A stretch of 63,095 nucleotides of DNA, the filler included, from Lenisia limosa (taxonomy: Eukaryota; Protista; Breviatea), in NCBI GenBank assembly GCA_001655205.1. It is 17 parts of 17 records of this genome, joined end to end, with 100 filler letters (N's around TTAATTAATTAA, not from the genome) between each part and the next. Parts side by side here need not be neighbours in the genome. Positions count along the whole stretch, not along the records: positions 26,509 to 37,410 come from LPNZ01009287.1; positions 37,511 to 39,977 come from LPNZ01009484.1; positions 40,078 to 41,398 come from LPNZ01000712.1; 14 more parts are not named here. The stretch is one strand, 5' to 3'. Numbering within the stretch: position 1 is the first letter of the stretch; each line of letters opens with the position of its first letter. The position numbers were made by a program, and so were the translations under genes. Below, piece by piece: positions 26,509 through 40,214 of this stretch. The notes under the pieces were generated by a model. It was not told the DNA's origin. It worked only from the letters and a program-made list of their open reading frames with translations, and ran no database searches.

Positions 26509-29500
26509 GCAGCCGGGGGTGTGTGGCTCCCTCGTGATACAGGCGGTTGTTGATGCCGGTAAAGCCGCGGCCAAGTGGAGGGACCAGGATGAAACCCCAT
26601 CAAAACAAGTGGACAAAGGTATGAACATTCGGGAACTTCCTTTTTTGAATGAAATAACCTTACCCATTCAGTTGCCACAGCTCCTCAACGACCCGCTCCA
26701 GCCCCATCCGTCCGTGTGTCCAGCCCCACTGTTTCTGACTATGGCTCCATCAATGACTCTCCTGCAGCTTCTCCGTAGGCCTACAATGCTCGTTTTATTA
26801 AGACAAATCTATATTCCACATTTTCATCCAGTTGCTTCATATGGAATCCACCTCTTTCACCAAGAAGCGTCTTCTACCCAAAATATTCGACTTGATTTTC
26901 ACATCCAGAAAAGCAAAGAAATCCAAGAAAGTGACAGCCAAATCGAGTCTATTGGCACATGCCGACTCGCCGGTGGTGTTTGACCTCGTCAAAACTACCT
27001 CAATTTTCAAGGTGGGCTCCACGTGTTCAAGATGGGCACCTACTATAGTGTTTTGTGTTAACTTCAGATGGAGTAACACAGCTAATACTCTCACCTTTGT
27101 AGGTTGAGGGTATGTCGTGCGCCTCTTGTGTCGCCAGCATTGAGCGGTCTGTTACTCAGCATCACGCCGTCATCAGCTGCTCAGTGGTGCGTTTTTGGTG
27201 TTGTCATGATATACTGTATGTATACATAGTAGTACTTAAACCCAATTGCATATTGAGGCATAATACCACTCTTCCCTCGTTTGGATGATATCGTTGAATG
27301 TAGTAATTCGAGGTTCCTCTTTGCTTCTTGGGTGTTGCGTTTACAGTTTTAACAATGTAGAATTTAATTGGCAAAAGAGTTGAAGTTGTTTACGACTCTC
27401 AAATCCTTGAAACTGAGGTGGGTCACGTTGTTTACCATTTGAATAAGACATTGCATACTCTAACATTGTAATATAACACATATACTTCGAGACCAATGGT
27501 AGACTGGATTTGTCGTTAAAATCCCACAAACTCTCAATATCACCGCAATACAATATGTGTTAATATTTGGGCGTTTACCAGTTCTGTAACAATGAAGGAG
27601 GTTGCAAGCTTGATCCGAAAACCGGGATTCAGTGCCACACTGATTGAAGACCAGTGAGGGGACTTTGAATATATCACATTGAGACACGAGTTTTTCATTA
27701 TCCTCATCATATACATATTGATCATCATCCACAGACAAGACGGAGTTGCAGACTTTGAGATTGAGGGGATGACGTGCTCGTCTTGTGTTGCCACCCTTGA
27801 GAGAACCTTGTCAAAAGCGGTTGCATGGGATGGAGGTGCTCTTTCTTTTTATGTTGAAGATATCTTTTTCGCTTTGATTTTAGATAAGATTTATTTGAAA
27901 ACTATTGCATCTTGATAGGTAGCACTTATCACCACCAGCTGTCATCATAGTCAGAGGTTTTATATGATTATCATCTCACCTTTCATTATTTTGTTTATTT
28001 CTCTTCTCAAAATCTCTCTCATCATCATCAGGCTGGTATTTTGGTCTCATCAGTCACTCTGCTACCACCACGTGTCCGTGTGACATACGATGCTGATCGG
28101 ATCACTCTCAGAGGGATTGTTGAGGGTGGGGGGGATTATAACATATTTGTTGTTGCTCAGTGCAGATTAAACAAGTGATGATATTCCTCCTGAGCGTTAG
28201 CTGTGGTCTTTAACCTGTTTAGCCATTGAAAAAGCAGGCTACACAGCCACGCCTTGCAAATCAGGTCCGAATGCTGACGAACTCAAACATGTCAAAGAGG
28301 CAAGAAAGTGGGGGGGATTAATAGCCCTTGATTTTGCTTTCTTTATATGTACACCGGTGGAACAAATCTGACTAGTCAGATGGCGGCGAATGTTTGTTGC
28401 AGCGCTCCTTTTGGTGGTTCCAATCATCATTATCTCCATGATCATCCCCCATTTCGACACCCCCTTGAGAGACGTCAGTTGGGCAAAATGATAGCGGATT
28501 GAAGGTGGATGTTATTGAGAATGAGTGATATGTTACTTTGGTGCAAATATCAGTGAGACAACCGTCACGATTTAGATTATGACAGAACGGATTGGTTTGG
28601 GCCGAGTAGAGCTTGGTACGTGCATAGGGCTGATATTGGCCACCCCAGTTCAGTTCATCATTGGTGAGGGGAACGCGAAGTCGCTGCCATTCTCTATATT
28701 TCATATCTACGACGATATACTGCGTTCTTGGTGTGAACCTAGGAGCCTATTATACTAATAATGTCTGTTATCCAGTAGTGTCATTATCCAGGTTACCCGT
28801 TCTACCGCAACGCTTTCAAGGCCCTCAGACATGGTGGAGCTAATATGGTAGCCAGCGGCGATCTATTTGGGACTATCTCCGCTACTCACCCCTCCATAGG
28901 ATGTATTGGTTGTACTTGGTACTACAGCAGCCTACATTTACGCAGTCACGCTCTTCATCTTCCAAGCTATCGACTCCGATGTTCTTCATGGGACCGGTGG
29001 GGGAAACTGCTTTTGTGTGATAAACTATTTTTGATATGTTTCCGGATTGAGAAAGCTGCATTGGCGTTATACCATAACACAGCCAAATACAGCTTGTTTA
29101 CTTCCCCCGCCCTCATCCCCTCCTTTCACTATCATACATTTTCCATTCATCCTCTGCCTAGGAAAGCCGCAGTTTGAAGGAGCCATGCTACTGATGTTCG
29201 TTTCAATGGGCCGATTCCTCGAGACCATGGCCAAGGTGGGGGTTACGTTGTGTCGGTTTCGTTTTTCTACTTTGTTTTTGTCTCAATAGAGTGGCTGTGT
29301 TTTTGTCTCAATAGAGTGGCTGTGTTTTTGTCTCAATAGAGTGGCTGTGTTTTTGATTGATATGGCTGTATTTTGGTATCACAGCTACAGTAAGCTATTC
29401 AATGCTGAGTCACCATGACACTTTAGGGCAAAACAAGCCAAGCCATTACGCAACTTATGGAACTCCAGCCCGATATCGCTGTACTGATCAAGGACGGTGG

Positions 29501-32500
29501 GGGTGGGGGACAAATGTGGGTGAGCAAAAACGATAAAAGACGCATCTTGACACTATTTTCACTTATAAATGGGATCATGTGACCGTTCACTTTTGTGTTA
29601 TATGCTCCTCTATCTATATGCATGGTATCTTACCCAATTCCGACCCTCAGATGGCACCACCAAGGAAATCCCCTTGGAGCTTGTGGAGCAACAGGATCGT
29701 CTGAGGGTGGGTTTGTTAATCGAATGTAATTAGTATTCATATTATTACGTATGAAATAGGTTGTTCGGCTGTCACAACAATATAATGAATCACAGGTGGC
29801 GTGAGGATAACATACAGAGGAACATCCTTCCCATTGCCTTTTGACTGTGCTTAGGTACTACCTGGAGGAAGGTTCCCAGTAGACGGAGTAGTAATTGGTG
29901 GGTTGGATCACTGGAAGTGTTTTGGATTATGTAGGGCTCCGTGCAATTAATTTTTTGAAGAAATTAATTCACAGAATTAGATTATGTTCCACTTCAAATT
30001 TTTCAATTATTTTTTTAATTAATTGCACGGAGCCTTAGGGTTATGTACAAATGGATGTGTACTACTTAAGCTTTAAACATTCTGTCACAGTGTCACAGAC
30101 ATTTAACAATCATTGTATTGCATTTTGAATATCTCGATTTTCTTCCAACGACCTTGCAGCGGGCCTTTCGCATGCGGATGAGGCGATGTTGACCGGAGAA
30201 GCTCTTCCAGTTAAAAAGGAGATTGGTGGGAAGGATGCCCTGATTTGGGCTGTGTTTCATTTTTGTTCATAGACCACGATTTTGCAGTTTGATTCGTGCA
30301 AATACAGTATCTATTTTTATTTCTGACTATTACCCTCTTACCCTTTCACTTCCCGAAATATCATTGTTGTTGGTGGTGGTATATTTATCAAAACTATCTT
30401 AACCCCCACCCCCGCAGGTAGTGACGTATTTGGTGGAACAACCAACGGAGAGGGTGTAGTGGACATTGTTGCGAGTCGCATTGGTCAGGACTCTGCTGTG
30501 GCACAAATCATCAGTTTGGTACAGGCTGCTCAGACTTCTAAGGTGTGTGTGTGCTTGGGGGGTCAGCTTTCATCATATTCTTTGCTGTATGCAGCAGTCT
30601 AATTACATCCTTCTTTACCGAATGCAGTCGAATAACAGTTACTTGAACGCATTATTGACCCCCCTCCCCCAGGCCCCCATCCAGAACCTTGCCGACCGTG
30701 TGTCTCGTGTCTTTGTCCCCGCTATTGTGGTACTGAGCCTGCTGACGTTCGCCTTCTGGTTCAGCATGCTAACCTATACTGGTAGGCTTCCGATTTGGTT
30801 TAATGAGAGTAATGTTGCATCCTATTGATCGCTCATATTCCATCGTATAAATATGGAGTGGAATTCACTCTGTCCAAGACACTCACCTCTGACCCTTCAG
30901 ACGCGTTTGGAGACGATTTCACGCCCCATGATTGGCCGCCTTGGCTCTTCGCCTTCACCACCTCCGTGGCGGTGGTGGTTGTGGCGTGTCCCTGTGCTCT
31001 TGGTTGGGGGGTGTCCCTGTGCTCTTGGTTGTGGCGTGTCCCTGTGCTCTTGGTTGTGGCGTGTATTAATCACCTTTTTCCAACGACTTATATCGCTGTT
31101 CTCTCATCTGACGCTTTAGGCCTGGCAACTCCGACGGCTGTGATGGTGGTAAGTGGCGGTCAAGTGGTACTATTATCTGTTCAAGATGAAAGTACTCCTC
31201 AAAACAAATTAATCAAAGATGTATTTATACCCTATGATAAAGATCTATATATTACTACTATATTTGGAAACCCTTCCCCAAAAAACTATCAATACTGACT
31301 GTTCTACCCTCTATTACTCCACGGCTATTTCTGACCATCTAGGGAACCGGAGTGGGTGCACGCAACGGTGTTCTGATTAAGGGTGGAGAACCGCTGGAGA
31401 ACCTCAAAAAGGTGGGGTGGCTGGGATTTCTTGACATCTATTTATGTTCACTTGGGTAACAAGAATCAAATTCAAGCTCTCCACAGAATATTCGCTGAAT
31501 GTGATGGATATACAAAAAGAGTTTTCTTTTATCACAATCAACTAAGTTGCGATATATGCCTGTTCTCCACTTATCTGACTAGGTCAATGCTGTACTGTTT
31601 GATAAAACTGGCTCTCTGACCCAAGGCAAGCCGACAGTCCAGGTTAGTGTAATGCCTAAAAACTGTTTTTCTTCGTCATATCAAAAATAAAATCGTCTTA
31701 CATATGATGTTATATTTTCTCTTTCGGGTCATAACAAACAGCAATTCATCATGCTTTTTATCTCACCTTAGTCGACAACTACGAACGCTGGAGACTTCGC
31801 CAAATACGCCTGTAGGGGGAAACGTGGCTTGTGGGTCCAGCCTGTTGTTTTGGATCTGTAATAAACCAGTGTGTAGAGAATTTTCACCAGCTTTATTGCT
31901 TTGGTGTATCTGTTCCGGCATAAAAAGCTTAGAGCTGCTCGTGGAATTGAATGATACCATTATCTGACCAACAGCCGCTGTAATAATATGACCCCTCAGA
32001 TGCTGTGGAGCAGAACTCGAGCCACCCATTGGCCACAGCCGTTGTGGCCTGGAGCGAAGGTGTTGCCGAGATCAGGGTAGGTGATGGTACTTCCATCACA
32101 TTGGAGGTCTGCTGTATCTGCCCCCCCCCCCCATGAATGTACTTCGCTTTAATCTCGCAGTCCGAAAGTCCCGGCAAGTGGTCAGCAGCAGAATCGGTGA
32201 CCAATGTCACGGGACGTGGAATGTCGGGACGTGTGGACGGCAAATTTGTCACTGTGAGGGGGGTGCCTGAAATTGATATTGTACTAGTATAATATATAAT
32301 ATATGAAATACGTAATGACATTTTATGAATTTCTCTCTCATTGATACCCTCAGATCGGAAGCCTGAAGATGATGGAAGAGGCAGGCTTCAACAATTCGGC
32401 TGTTGCTGACGAGATTCCCTCTTTCACAGGGTCTTGTCTGACATGTAGGGGGGTACACAGACATTGTATGGTTCCAGATAGTTCATATAATATATTCATA

Positions 32501-34224
32501 AATCCTGGAACGATTAAGACCCGCCGTTTACCACTCCAGGTGTTGCGATTGCATTGGATCAACAGGTCGTAGCCATACTGGGTAAGTCTTGCTACTATCT
32601 TGATGCTATAAAATATTCAGTCAAATGACGGTTTCTGCAAGTTGTTTAGCTATGTATGATATATTTTGATATGGTTTTTGTAACTCTTTTTTCTCACCCC
32701 CACTCCGCTAATCCCCCCTAGGCCTGAGAGACGCCCTTCGCGAGGACGCTACTGCCGCCGTACAGTACCTCAGGAAACAGGGCATTTTCGTGGCCATGGT
32801 AGGGGGGTTGAGCTGTTGTTGTCAAGGTTTCTCATTCTTATTCTTCATTGATGCTGTTCTACAAGCAATAAGCCTGATATTTGGAACATTCTCTTGTTTT
32901 CTCGGGGTTTATGCACTTTTTGTTTCTGAAGGAGAGCCATCGTTTACATGCGCTTATTGGTGCAGGTGACTGGAGACCGCAAAGGCACCGCTCTCTCAGT
33001 GGCTCAAGAATGTAGGGGCAAAGCTTTGGTAATAGTAACTCCAGTCGAAGATTATTGTTTTAATGTCACACTGCAATTCGCTCCCTTATTTCCTAGTGGG
33101 TGGACTGGATGCAGTGTATGCTGAAGCTCTCCCTGGTGAAAAGCAGCAAATTGTCATGGACCTCCAGAACCAGGTTTGTCTAACGCTTTGTCAGCACAGT
33201 ATCACATTTATGATACATCTTCGCCGTACAAGAGTTTATCCCTTCACCCNNNNNNNNNNNNNNNNNNNNNNNNNNNNNNNNNNNNNNNNNNNNNNNNNNN
33301 NNNNNNNNNNNNNNNNNNNNNNNNNNNNNNNNNNNNNNNNNNNNNNNNNNNNNNNNNNNNNNNNNNNNNNNGTGGGTATGGTTTCATATCCTTTTGATTT
33401 AGAACAACAAAACCAAAATTTACAATGACATAATAATGTGATATATTATTGTAAATGAGAACACAAACACCATGTTTTGTGTAACAGCCTACTCTTTAGG
33501 CTGCAGACGTTGTTTTGGTGCAGAACAAGGTCACTGATGTACCTGTTGCAATGGTGGGAATAGGCGGAGTTGTTTGGGGCTATTTTGTGGGAAGTGATGT
33601 GAAGGTCTTATCATCATTTTGAATGCTCATATGAACAGGCCAAATTTATGGGTATCATCACTGCATGTGCTTACGATTCAGGTATTAGCAAAGAAAACGT
33701 TTGGCCGGATCCGATTGAACCTTTTCCTTGCCTTCGTCTATAACCTCATCATGGTGGGGGGGGGGGGNNNNNNNNNNNNNNNNNNNNNNNNNNNNNNNNN
33801 NNNNNNNNNNNNNNNNNNNNNNNNNNNNNNNNNNNNNNNNATTGTAGGGAAATTATTCTATTTCAATATTGCATTGTCGATATTTGGGTTGATTATTCCA
33901 AAAGACCTCTTTATGACCTCCAGATTCCTTTTGCCATGGGTGCGGCTTATCCCTTCCTCGGCATTGTCCTGCCTCCCTGGGCGGCCGGGGCGGCAATGGC
34001 TCTTTCTTCGGTCACTGTGGTGACGTCATCCTTAATGCTCAAGTGGGGGGGGGGTTGATGCAAAAGNNNNNNNNNNNNNNNNNNNNNNNNNNNNNNNNNN
34101 NNAAGAGAGCTGAGAAAAGAGATAAGTGAACAGAAGGCATGTGAAGCCATCAGTTGTCGTTATTTTACTGTATTTATTTATTTCCAGGTCCTTCAAACCC
34201 CACAAGAAGCTCAAAAACCTCTAG
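26509..34224 (+). CDS. ATP7: Cu(I)-transporting P1B-type ATPase (ATP7/Ccc2-like)
   Basis: Two HMA domains (GMSCASC, GMTCSSC), DEAMLTGE, APIQNLADRVS, VVACPCALGLATPTAVMVGTG, DKTGSLTQGKP, SSHPLA, VTGD, FVYNL, MALSS. Stop at 34222-34224. The GDGxND exon falls in an N gap. Confidence 0.95.
29932..30037. mobile_element. hAT-type MITE family H2 (second copy 62665-62785)
   Basis: TIR TAGGGCTCCGTGCAATTAATT; TSD GGATTATG/GGGTTATG. The second copy has TSD GTTCAAAC/GTTCAACC. Confidence 0.82.
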
Positions 34225-34472
34225 ACGTTGTGTGACTGTTTATTATTATGTTATGAATTCGCTGTTTCCATAATTCTCACGCACAGTCATATTATGTCTT
34301 CAAGTTCAACTTTCCGCAAGCTGATGCCTCTGCTAAACACACCAAGGTTCCACGTTTAAAGCTGATGATAACGTATGACCAATCAATCCATGGCTGGGAA
34401 ACAATACAAACATAATATAAAAACTAGAACACGAAACACTTCAGCCCAGGCGAGACCGGAATAACTTACAAA

Positions 34473-37215
34473 CTAAACAGAGGGAGGAGAAGGGGCCTGG
34501 AAGGCTGGTCTGCGGACTGGCAGGGCAGGAGGGGTCTCAACTACGACCGCGGGTTTCTTAATCTGGGAGGTGAGAACGTTATACAGACAGGAACTATGAT
34601 GGATTAATCTCCGCAATGCCTACTGTCTCCTTCTGTTCCTTGAGTCTTTTGACTTTTGCTGACAGGGCGGCATGCTGTTGTCGGAGGCCCCAGGCCTAGG
34701 TTAATGAGTTGCATTCCCAATGTATTTGCCCCCCAAATAGAATACCAAGAGGAGACAGTCAAATAATAATAAAAAGGTCCATGATCTTTTTAAACCGTGC
34801 CAACCGCTTCGAAGTTCTGCAGAGGCTCAGAGAAGAAATACTCCTTCCAAACGTCAAGGTTGATGTTGGCCGTGTAAAGGCCTAGAATGGGTGGTGCGAC
34901 GGCAGGCTGGGGGAACAATTATGCTACAAAAACCAAATGGAAGGCAGGGAAAATAAAGAAAATTGAAAAATAAACCTACCCTGTAAGCGTGAGAGGTGAA
35001 ATTGGCTCTGAAGGCAGAAATGTGTTCCCATAGAGAAGGCGTGAAGAGCTTGACATTGAACTCAATTCGCTTTTCAGTCTGTCACATTAATATTCCGAAT
35101 GATGGACATAATAACAATTGTATCAAAGTTATTATTTTGCTTCGTTGAGGAGAAGCCCAATACTTTTAGAAACATCAATCGCGTTTAAAAGATATTATAA
35201 CAAGCCAAACAATACTCAGCATACAGTATCAAAGAGGAACGTGCCAAACTGTCCTGACACCACTTGCCTCGTCAGGAAATGAAGCAAACTAAAAAAGGGT
35301 GAGAAGGGAAAACAGGTTTTGCCTATAATCGAAATGATTACACCCTTCGCACTTGGCATTGAATTCGAACGCTGAGGGCCACCAGAGCTGCAAATGCCGT
35401 ACACAGTCCAAAAACTACGCTATAAACGGGCAGGGGTGGAGGATAGGTGTTATAATCTACACAACGATTGCGCAATCCATGACAGCCCTGTAACATACCA
35501 GGGTAAAGACTGGAGAGCTTGTTTCAGGCTTCGTGTAGCGTGACTATTGTGTGAGAAACACAACACAATTTGACAACTAAGCTAACATAAAACCCTAAAA
35601 GTTACCCTCCCTCTCCTCTGCAGATACAACGATCAAGATGATCACTGTTACCCTTCCTCTCCTCTGCAGATACAACGATCAAGATGATCACTATTCGACC
35701 CACCTGGAATGGGTGGCCGGCATGCAGCCATTCCCTCTCAATAAGGTGCACAAAGCCTTGGATGGTCCGACTTGATGATGTGGTGCACAGTGTTGTGATA
35801 GAGGACAGGATGAGCTCCGTGTCAAAACTGAGGGGAAATGAGAAACAGTTTCGTTTAAGAGAATCAACCAGACGCCATTCCAATGCCATCTCAATTACTC
35901 TGACCAATGTTCCCATTTCCTATCACCGAACATGCCCACCCGGTTGGCCCCTGTAGAAGGCATGACGAGCTGTCAGTGACCATGGTCTCAATAATCTGCC
36001 CGGAGGACTCCAAACAAGTCTGCACGTATTCAGGCCACTTCGACTTCTGCGGAAGGGGATCATTTAAGAATATCATACGTATCATATTATACAAGATATA
36101 AACCAATTTAAACCGAAGGGCCCCCATCAGCTTGGAACATTATATGTTGGCACCCACCTCGATGCTCAATATATGTTGGCACCCACCTCGATGCTCAAGA
36201 TCAGGTCCTTTTCTTTGCTGGTGATCAGCGCCGCCATTTTGCCATGGGCGGTTTTGATAGCCGCGATGGAGGGGATGGGGAGAAGGGTTTCCTTATATGG
36301 TAAGTGCGGGGTGAGGGTAACGAATAAATAACTTACAAAGGCAATAGCACGATACTGAATCACCAACAAAATATGACAAAGAGAAATAGCACAGTATAAA
36401 AGAGAATGATGCGCTCTTGTGAACATGGGGGGCACGGCATACCGATATGTTTTTGGATGCCAGGGATGCGAGGTTCGGGACAAGGTTGAAGATTTGCAGG
36501 CGCGAGGACTGCGCAGTCACAACATGTAGAAATGGGGCAACTATATCGTGCATGTCTCACAGCAGATTTAGTATTCGGCTAGAAATACTATTCAAGAACT
36601 TATAAAAATGAAACCAACCAAGTTCTCTCCCCCCCCCCCCCNNNNNNNNNNNNNNNNNNNNNNNNNNNNNNNNNNNNNNNNNNNNNNNNNNNNNNNNNNN
36701 NNNNNNNNNNNNNNNNNNNNNNNNNNNNNNNNNNNNNNNNNNNNNNNNNNNNNNNNNNNNNNNNNNNNNNNNNNNNNNNNNNNNNNNNNNNNNNNNNNNN
36801 NNNNNNNNNNNNNNNNNNNNNNNNNNNNNNNNNNNNNNNNNNNNNNNNNNNNNNNNNNNNNNNNNNNNNNNNNNNNNNNNNNNNNNNNNNNNNNNNNNNN
36901 NNNNNNNAAAGCAATCACAAACCAGGGCCATTTGTGAGGTGACACTTGAGGGCAGAATTACCAAATGCGGAAGAGAAGGACATGCAAACTCGAGGTTGAA
37001 GTCCGACACCGCCCATCCATTAACGGCAGTTGCCCTGTTGGAAAATGAGAACAATTGAGAGAAAAACGAAAACAAAAAAAAAACAATACACAAGCACAGA
37101 GGAACACAAGTGTTGAGCCCCCGCGCGCACCCCATTGCGTCCGCGTCCGCCAAAATGTCAAAAGGCGCCAGGTAATCGTCACTCTCAAATTGCGTCTTGT
37201 TTGAAAAGGCAAACG
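34473..37215 (-). CDS. MTMR9: Myotubularin-related pseudophosphatase, MTMR9-like, partial at 5' end
   Basis: GWAVSDFNLEFACPSLP; SKWPEYVQTCL; SSCLLQGPTGFDT in place of HCSDGWDR; RTIQGFVHLIEREWLHAGHPFQ; DCVRHLQLWWPSAFEFN; SGQFGTFLFD; C-terminal coiled coil. Confidence 0.85.
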
Positions 37216-37521
37216 TCCTGATGGTGAGTCTCAGACGCAGGATTATGCTATAATGTTTTAACTGTTTTGGTCTTGAGAACCATGTTTTGGTATCGTCATA
37301 CTTGACTGAATCACTTCAGCATTCCATAGAGCACCCCGCTCCCCTCCCTTTGTAACACGAGAGCACCCCCCCCCCACTGATTATTGTTAGTAATCACTTT
37401 AGCTACGGCGNNNNNNNNNNNNNNNNNNNNNNNNNNNNNNNNNNNNNNNNNNNNTTAATTAATTAANNNNNNNNNNNNNNNNNNNNNNNNNNNNNNNNNN
37501 NNNNNNNNNNTATGTGGGTCC

Positions 37522-38128
37522 TCAAAGCTCCGGACATCATTCAAAATTCCCGGACACATCAAAACTCCCGCACAGCTTGAAGTTAATGCCTTGTATAGGC
37601 CATTGCTAGTGTTTTTTGAAAATCTGTTTCGNNNNNNNNNNNNNNNNNNNNNNNNNNNNNNNNNNNNNNNNNNNNNNNNNNNNNNNNNNNNNNNNNNNNN
37701 NNNNNNNNNNNNNNNNNNNNNNNNNNNNNNNNNNNNNNNNNNNNNNNNNNNNNNNNNNNNNNNNNNNNNNNNNNNNNNNNNNNNNNNNNNNNNNNNNNNN
37801 NNNNNNNNNNNNNNNNNNNNNNNNNNNNCTGTCTACAAGGGTAAACTTTCCCGGATAGTTGCCATTTATTTCCTTGAATGTGGCCTTTTATAACGGTTTT
37901 TGCTTGTTTTTGACAGTGTTTGGACCATTAACAGAGAGCTCAGGGACTTAATTTGGTTTTGACCCGACAATATGTTAAATTCGGGTTTCATGCTTTAATT
38001 AAGATTGAGATTACAACAAAAGGGAAATAAGGTTTTTGGGTGGTTTATGGTGATTTTGTAGGGGAAAACTCAAGCTGTCCGGGAGTTTTGATGTGTCCGG
38101 GAATTTTGAATGATGTCCGGAGCTTTGA
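37522..38128. mobile_element. Foldback/MITE-like element with ~59-bp inverted arms
   Basis: TCAAAGCTCCGGACATCATTCAAAATTCCCGGACACATCAAAACTCCCG... at 37522-37580 is the near-perfect reverse complement of 38070-38128. Confidence 0.7.
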
Positions 38129-38268
38129 CTATACATATATGTATTATACACTTCGATTAGAGCTTCCCTATCCCAAAAAAGACTAAATTTGTCTATCAAT
38201 CCGATATATCGATCTATTACCGGTCTTTTTCGGACAGTAGAAGATATAATCCCTTAACACCCCCCCAC

Positions 38269-39563
38269 AGGACTATCGTTACGGACAACAATCTGCTGGA
38301 GGTTGACGTCCACATCCTTGGCAATGTCCTTGATGATGGAGGCCGTGGTCACTGTGGTGGCGTACTTGATCGGGGCCGAAACCTGCGGTGTTAGGGGTAT
38401 GAAAATGGGTGAGGGGTAGGGCTTCACTTCGGTTCGATAAATGACTGAATTTCTCGATAAATCTTCGAAAACTATCGATATTTTACTGAGTTTTTTCGAA
38501 CCGAAGTGAAGCCCTAGTGAGGGGGGTATGAAAGCCGTCCACACTTACCTCCCCTGTATCCATATTATGAACGCTTTTTCACAATAAATACTAGTTTTAT
38601 TGAAAATAATATATATTTCTTTCCTCCCATCCCTCCCACCTTAATAACAGGACCCTTTCCAAGAGGGCCCTTGTGGTCAGCATCATGCTTCTCAGTGTAG
38701 TTGGGATGGATCGCGTGGGCCTGGGGGGGGGGGGGGNNNNNNNNNNNNNNNNNNNNNNNNNNNNNNNNNNNNNNNNNNNNNNNNNNNNNNNNNNNNNNNN
38801 NNNNNNNNNNNNNNNNNNNNNNNNNNNNNNNNNTAACAAACAGACTACTACTCCCCCCATCACAGTATATCTACTAGTACATTGTAAGTAGAGTATCTCA
38901 TATGCGCATATGAGATACCAACCAAATCGGCGGACAGACAATAGGTATCACGGAAGGCGCAATCAATTTGGTCAGCATTGGCAACCTTTGGGGGGGAGTG
39001 AAGTTAGACAACTTACGAAACAAAAAAGAGCCAACAACATACGAGGGTTAAGAACAACAAAACAAAGGAAATTTTAATGAAAATTATTGGCGGGNNNNNN
39101 NNNNNNNNNNNNNNNNNNNNNNNNNNNNNNNNNNNNNNNNNNNNNNNNNNNNNNNNNNNNNNNNNNNNNNNNNNNNNNNNNNNNNNNNNNNNNNNNNNNN
39201 NNNNNNNNNNNNNNNNNNNNNNNNNNNNNNNNNNNNNNNNNNNNNNNNNNNNNNNNNNNNNNNNNNNNNNNNNNNNNNNNNNNNNNNNNNNNNNNNNNNN
39301 NNNNNNNNNNNNNNNNNNNNNNTGGACACTTTCGTTTCAAATTTGCAATTTCACCCCTCTCACTTGGCGGAAGATTCTCTGAAGGACGGACTCCATCATA
39401 ATGCTGTTGCCTCCCTAAATTGATGAGTAGGGGGCTGGGGAGCTCCATATCATATAAACTGCCCTCCACGCACCATCATAGAAGCCGAGCCGATCTCCTC
39501 ATTGTCGAATACGGCCATGATTGTAACGCGGTCTGCGGCGGCGGAGAGGTCGGCTTCCAGGAG
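38269..39563 (-). CDS. DNPEP: M18 aspartyl aminopeptidase, C-terminal part
   Basis: MAVFDNEEIGSASMM; AHAIHPNYTEKHD; IKYATTVTTASIIKDIAKDVDVNLQQIVVRNDSP. Confidence 0.9.
38417..38516. mobile_element. 100-bp hAT-type MITE (family H1), best-preserved copy
   Basis: TIR TAGGGCTTCACTTCGGTTCGA...TCGAACCGAAGTGAAGCCCTA with a perfect 8-bp TSD GTGAGGGG. Confidence 0.92.
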
Positions 39564-40214
39564 CTGCGGAGGGGGGGGGAGTAAAATTGGAAAATTATGA
39601 AACAAAANNNNNNNNNNNNNNNNNNNNNNNNNNNNNNNNNNNNNNNNNNNNNNNNNNNNNNNNNNNNNNNNNNNNNNNNNNNNNNNNNNNNNNNNNNNNN
39701 NNNNNNNNNNNNNNNNNNNNNNNNNNNNNNNNNNNNNNNNNNNNNNNNNNNNNNNNNNNNNNNNNNNNNNNNAGAATATCATAAGAAAAAAAATCCTTTC
39801 ATAACGCTAAGGCTTCACTTCAGTTCAAAAAAAGACTGGTAAAGTATCGATAGTTCAACGATTAATCGATAAATTCAGTCTTTTTTCCAACCGAAGTGAT
39901 ATCTACCGCTGTTAAAAGGCAAATGATTGGGTGAATTAATGTCACACTATATAATCCAATATCTCTGATATGTGTGANNNNNNNNNNNNNNNNNNNNNNN
40001 NNNNNNNNNNNNNNNNNNNNNTTAATTAATTAANNNNNNNNNNNNNNNNNNNNNNNNNNNNNNNNNNNNNNNNNNNNTCATATACATACATAGTATTATA
40101 GATACTACATATGCCTTTTTTAAATGTGTAATGCGCAAATTAGTATAGAGTATTGACTACAATGTCCTTTTCCATTATGAAAAACAATTTCTGGTTGAAC
40201 AATAAAAACACGAC

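Noticed and set aside
34224-34473. Tight convergent gene ends (Cu-ATPase and MTMR9, about 250 bp apart)
   Set aside because: Compact tail-to-tail spacing also occurs at 1116/1383 and is ordinary. There is no evidence of antisense regulation from sequence alone.
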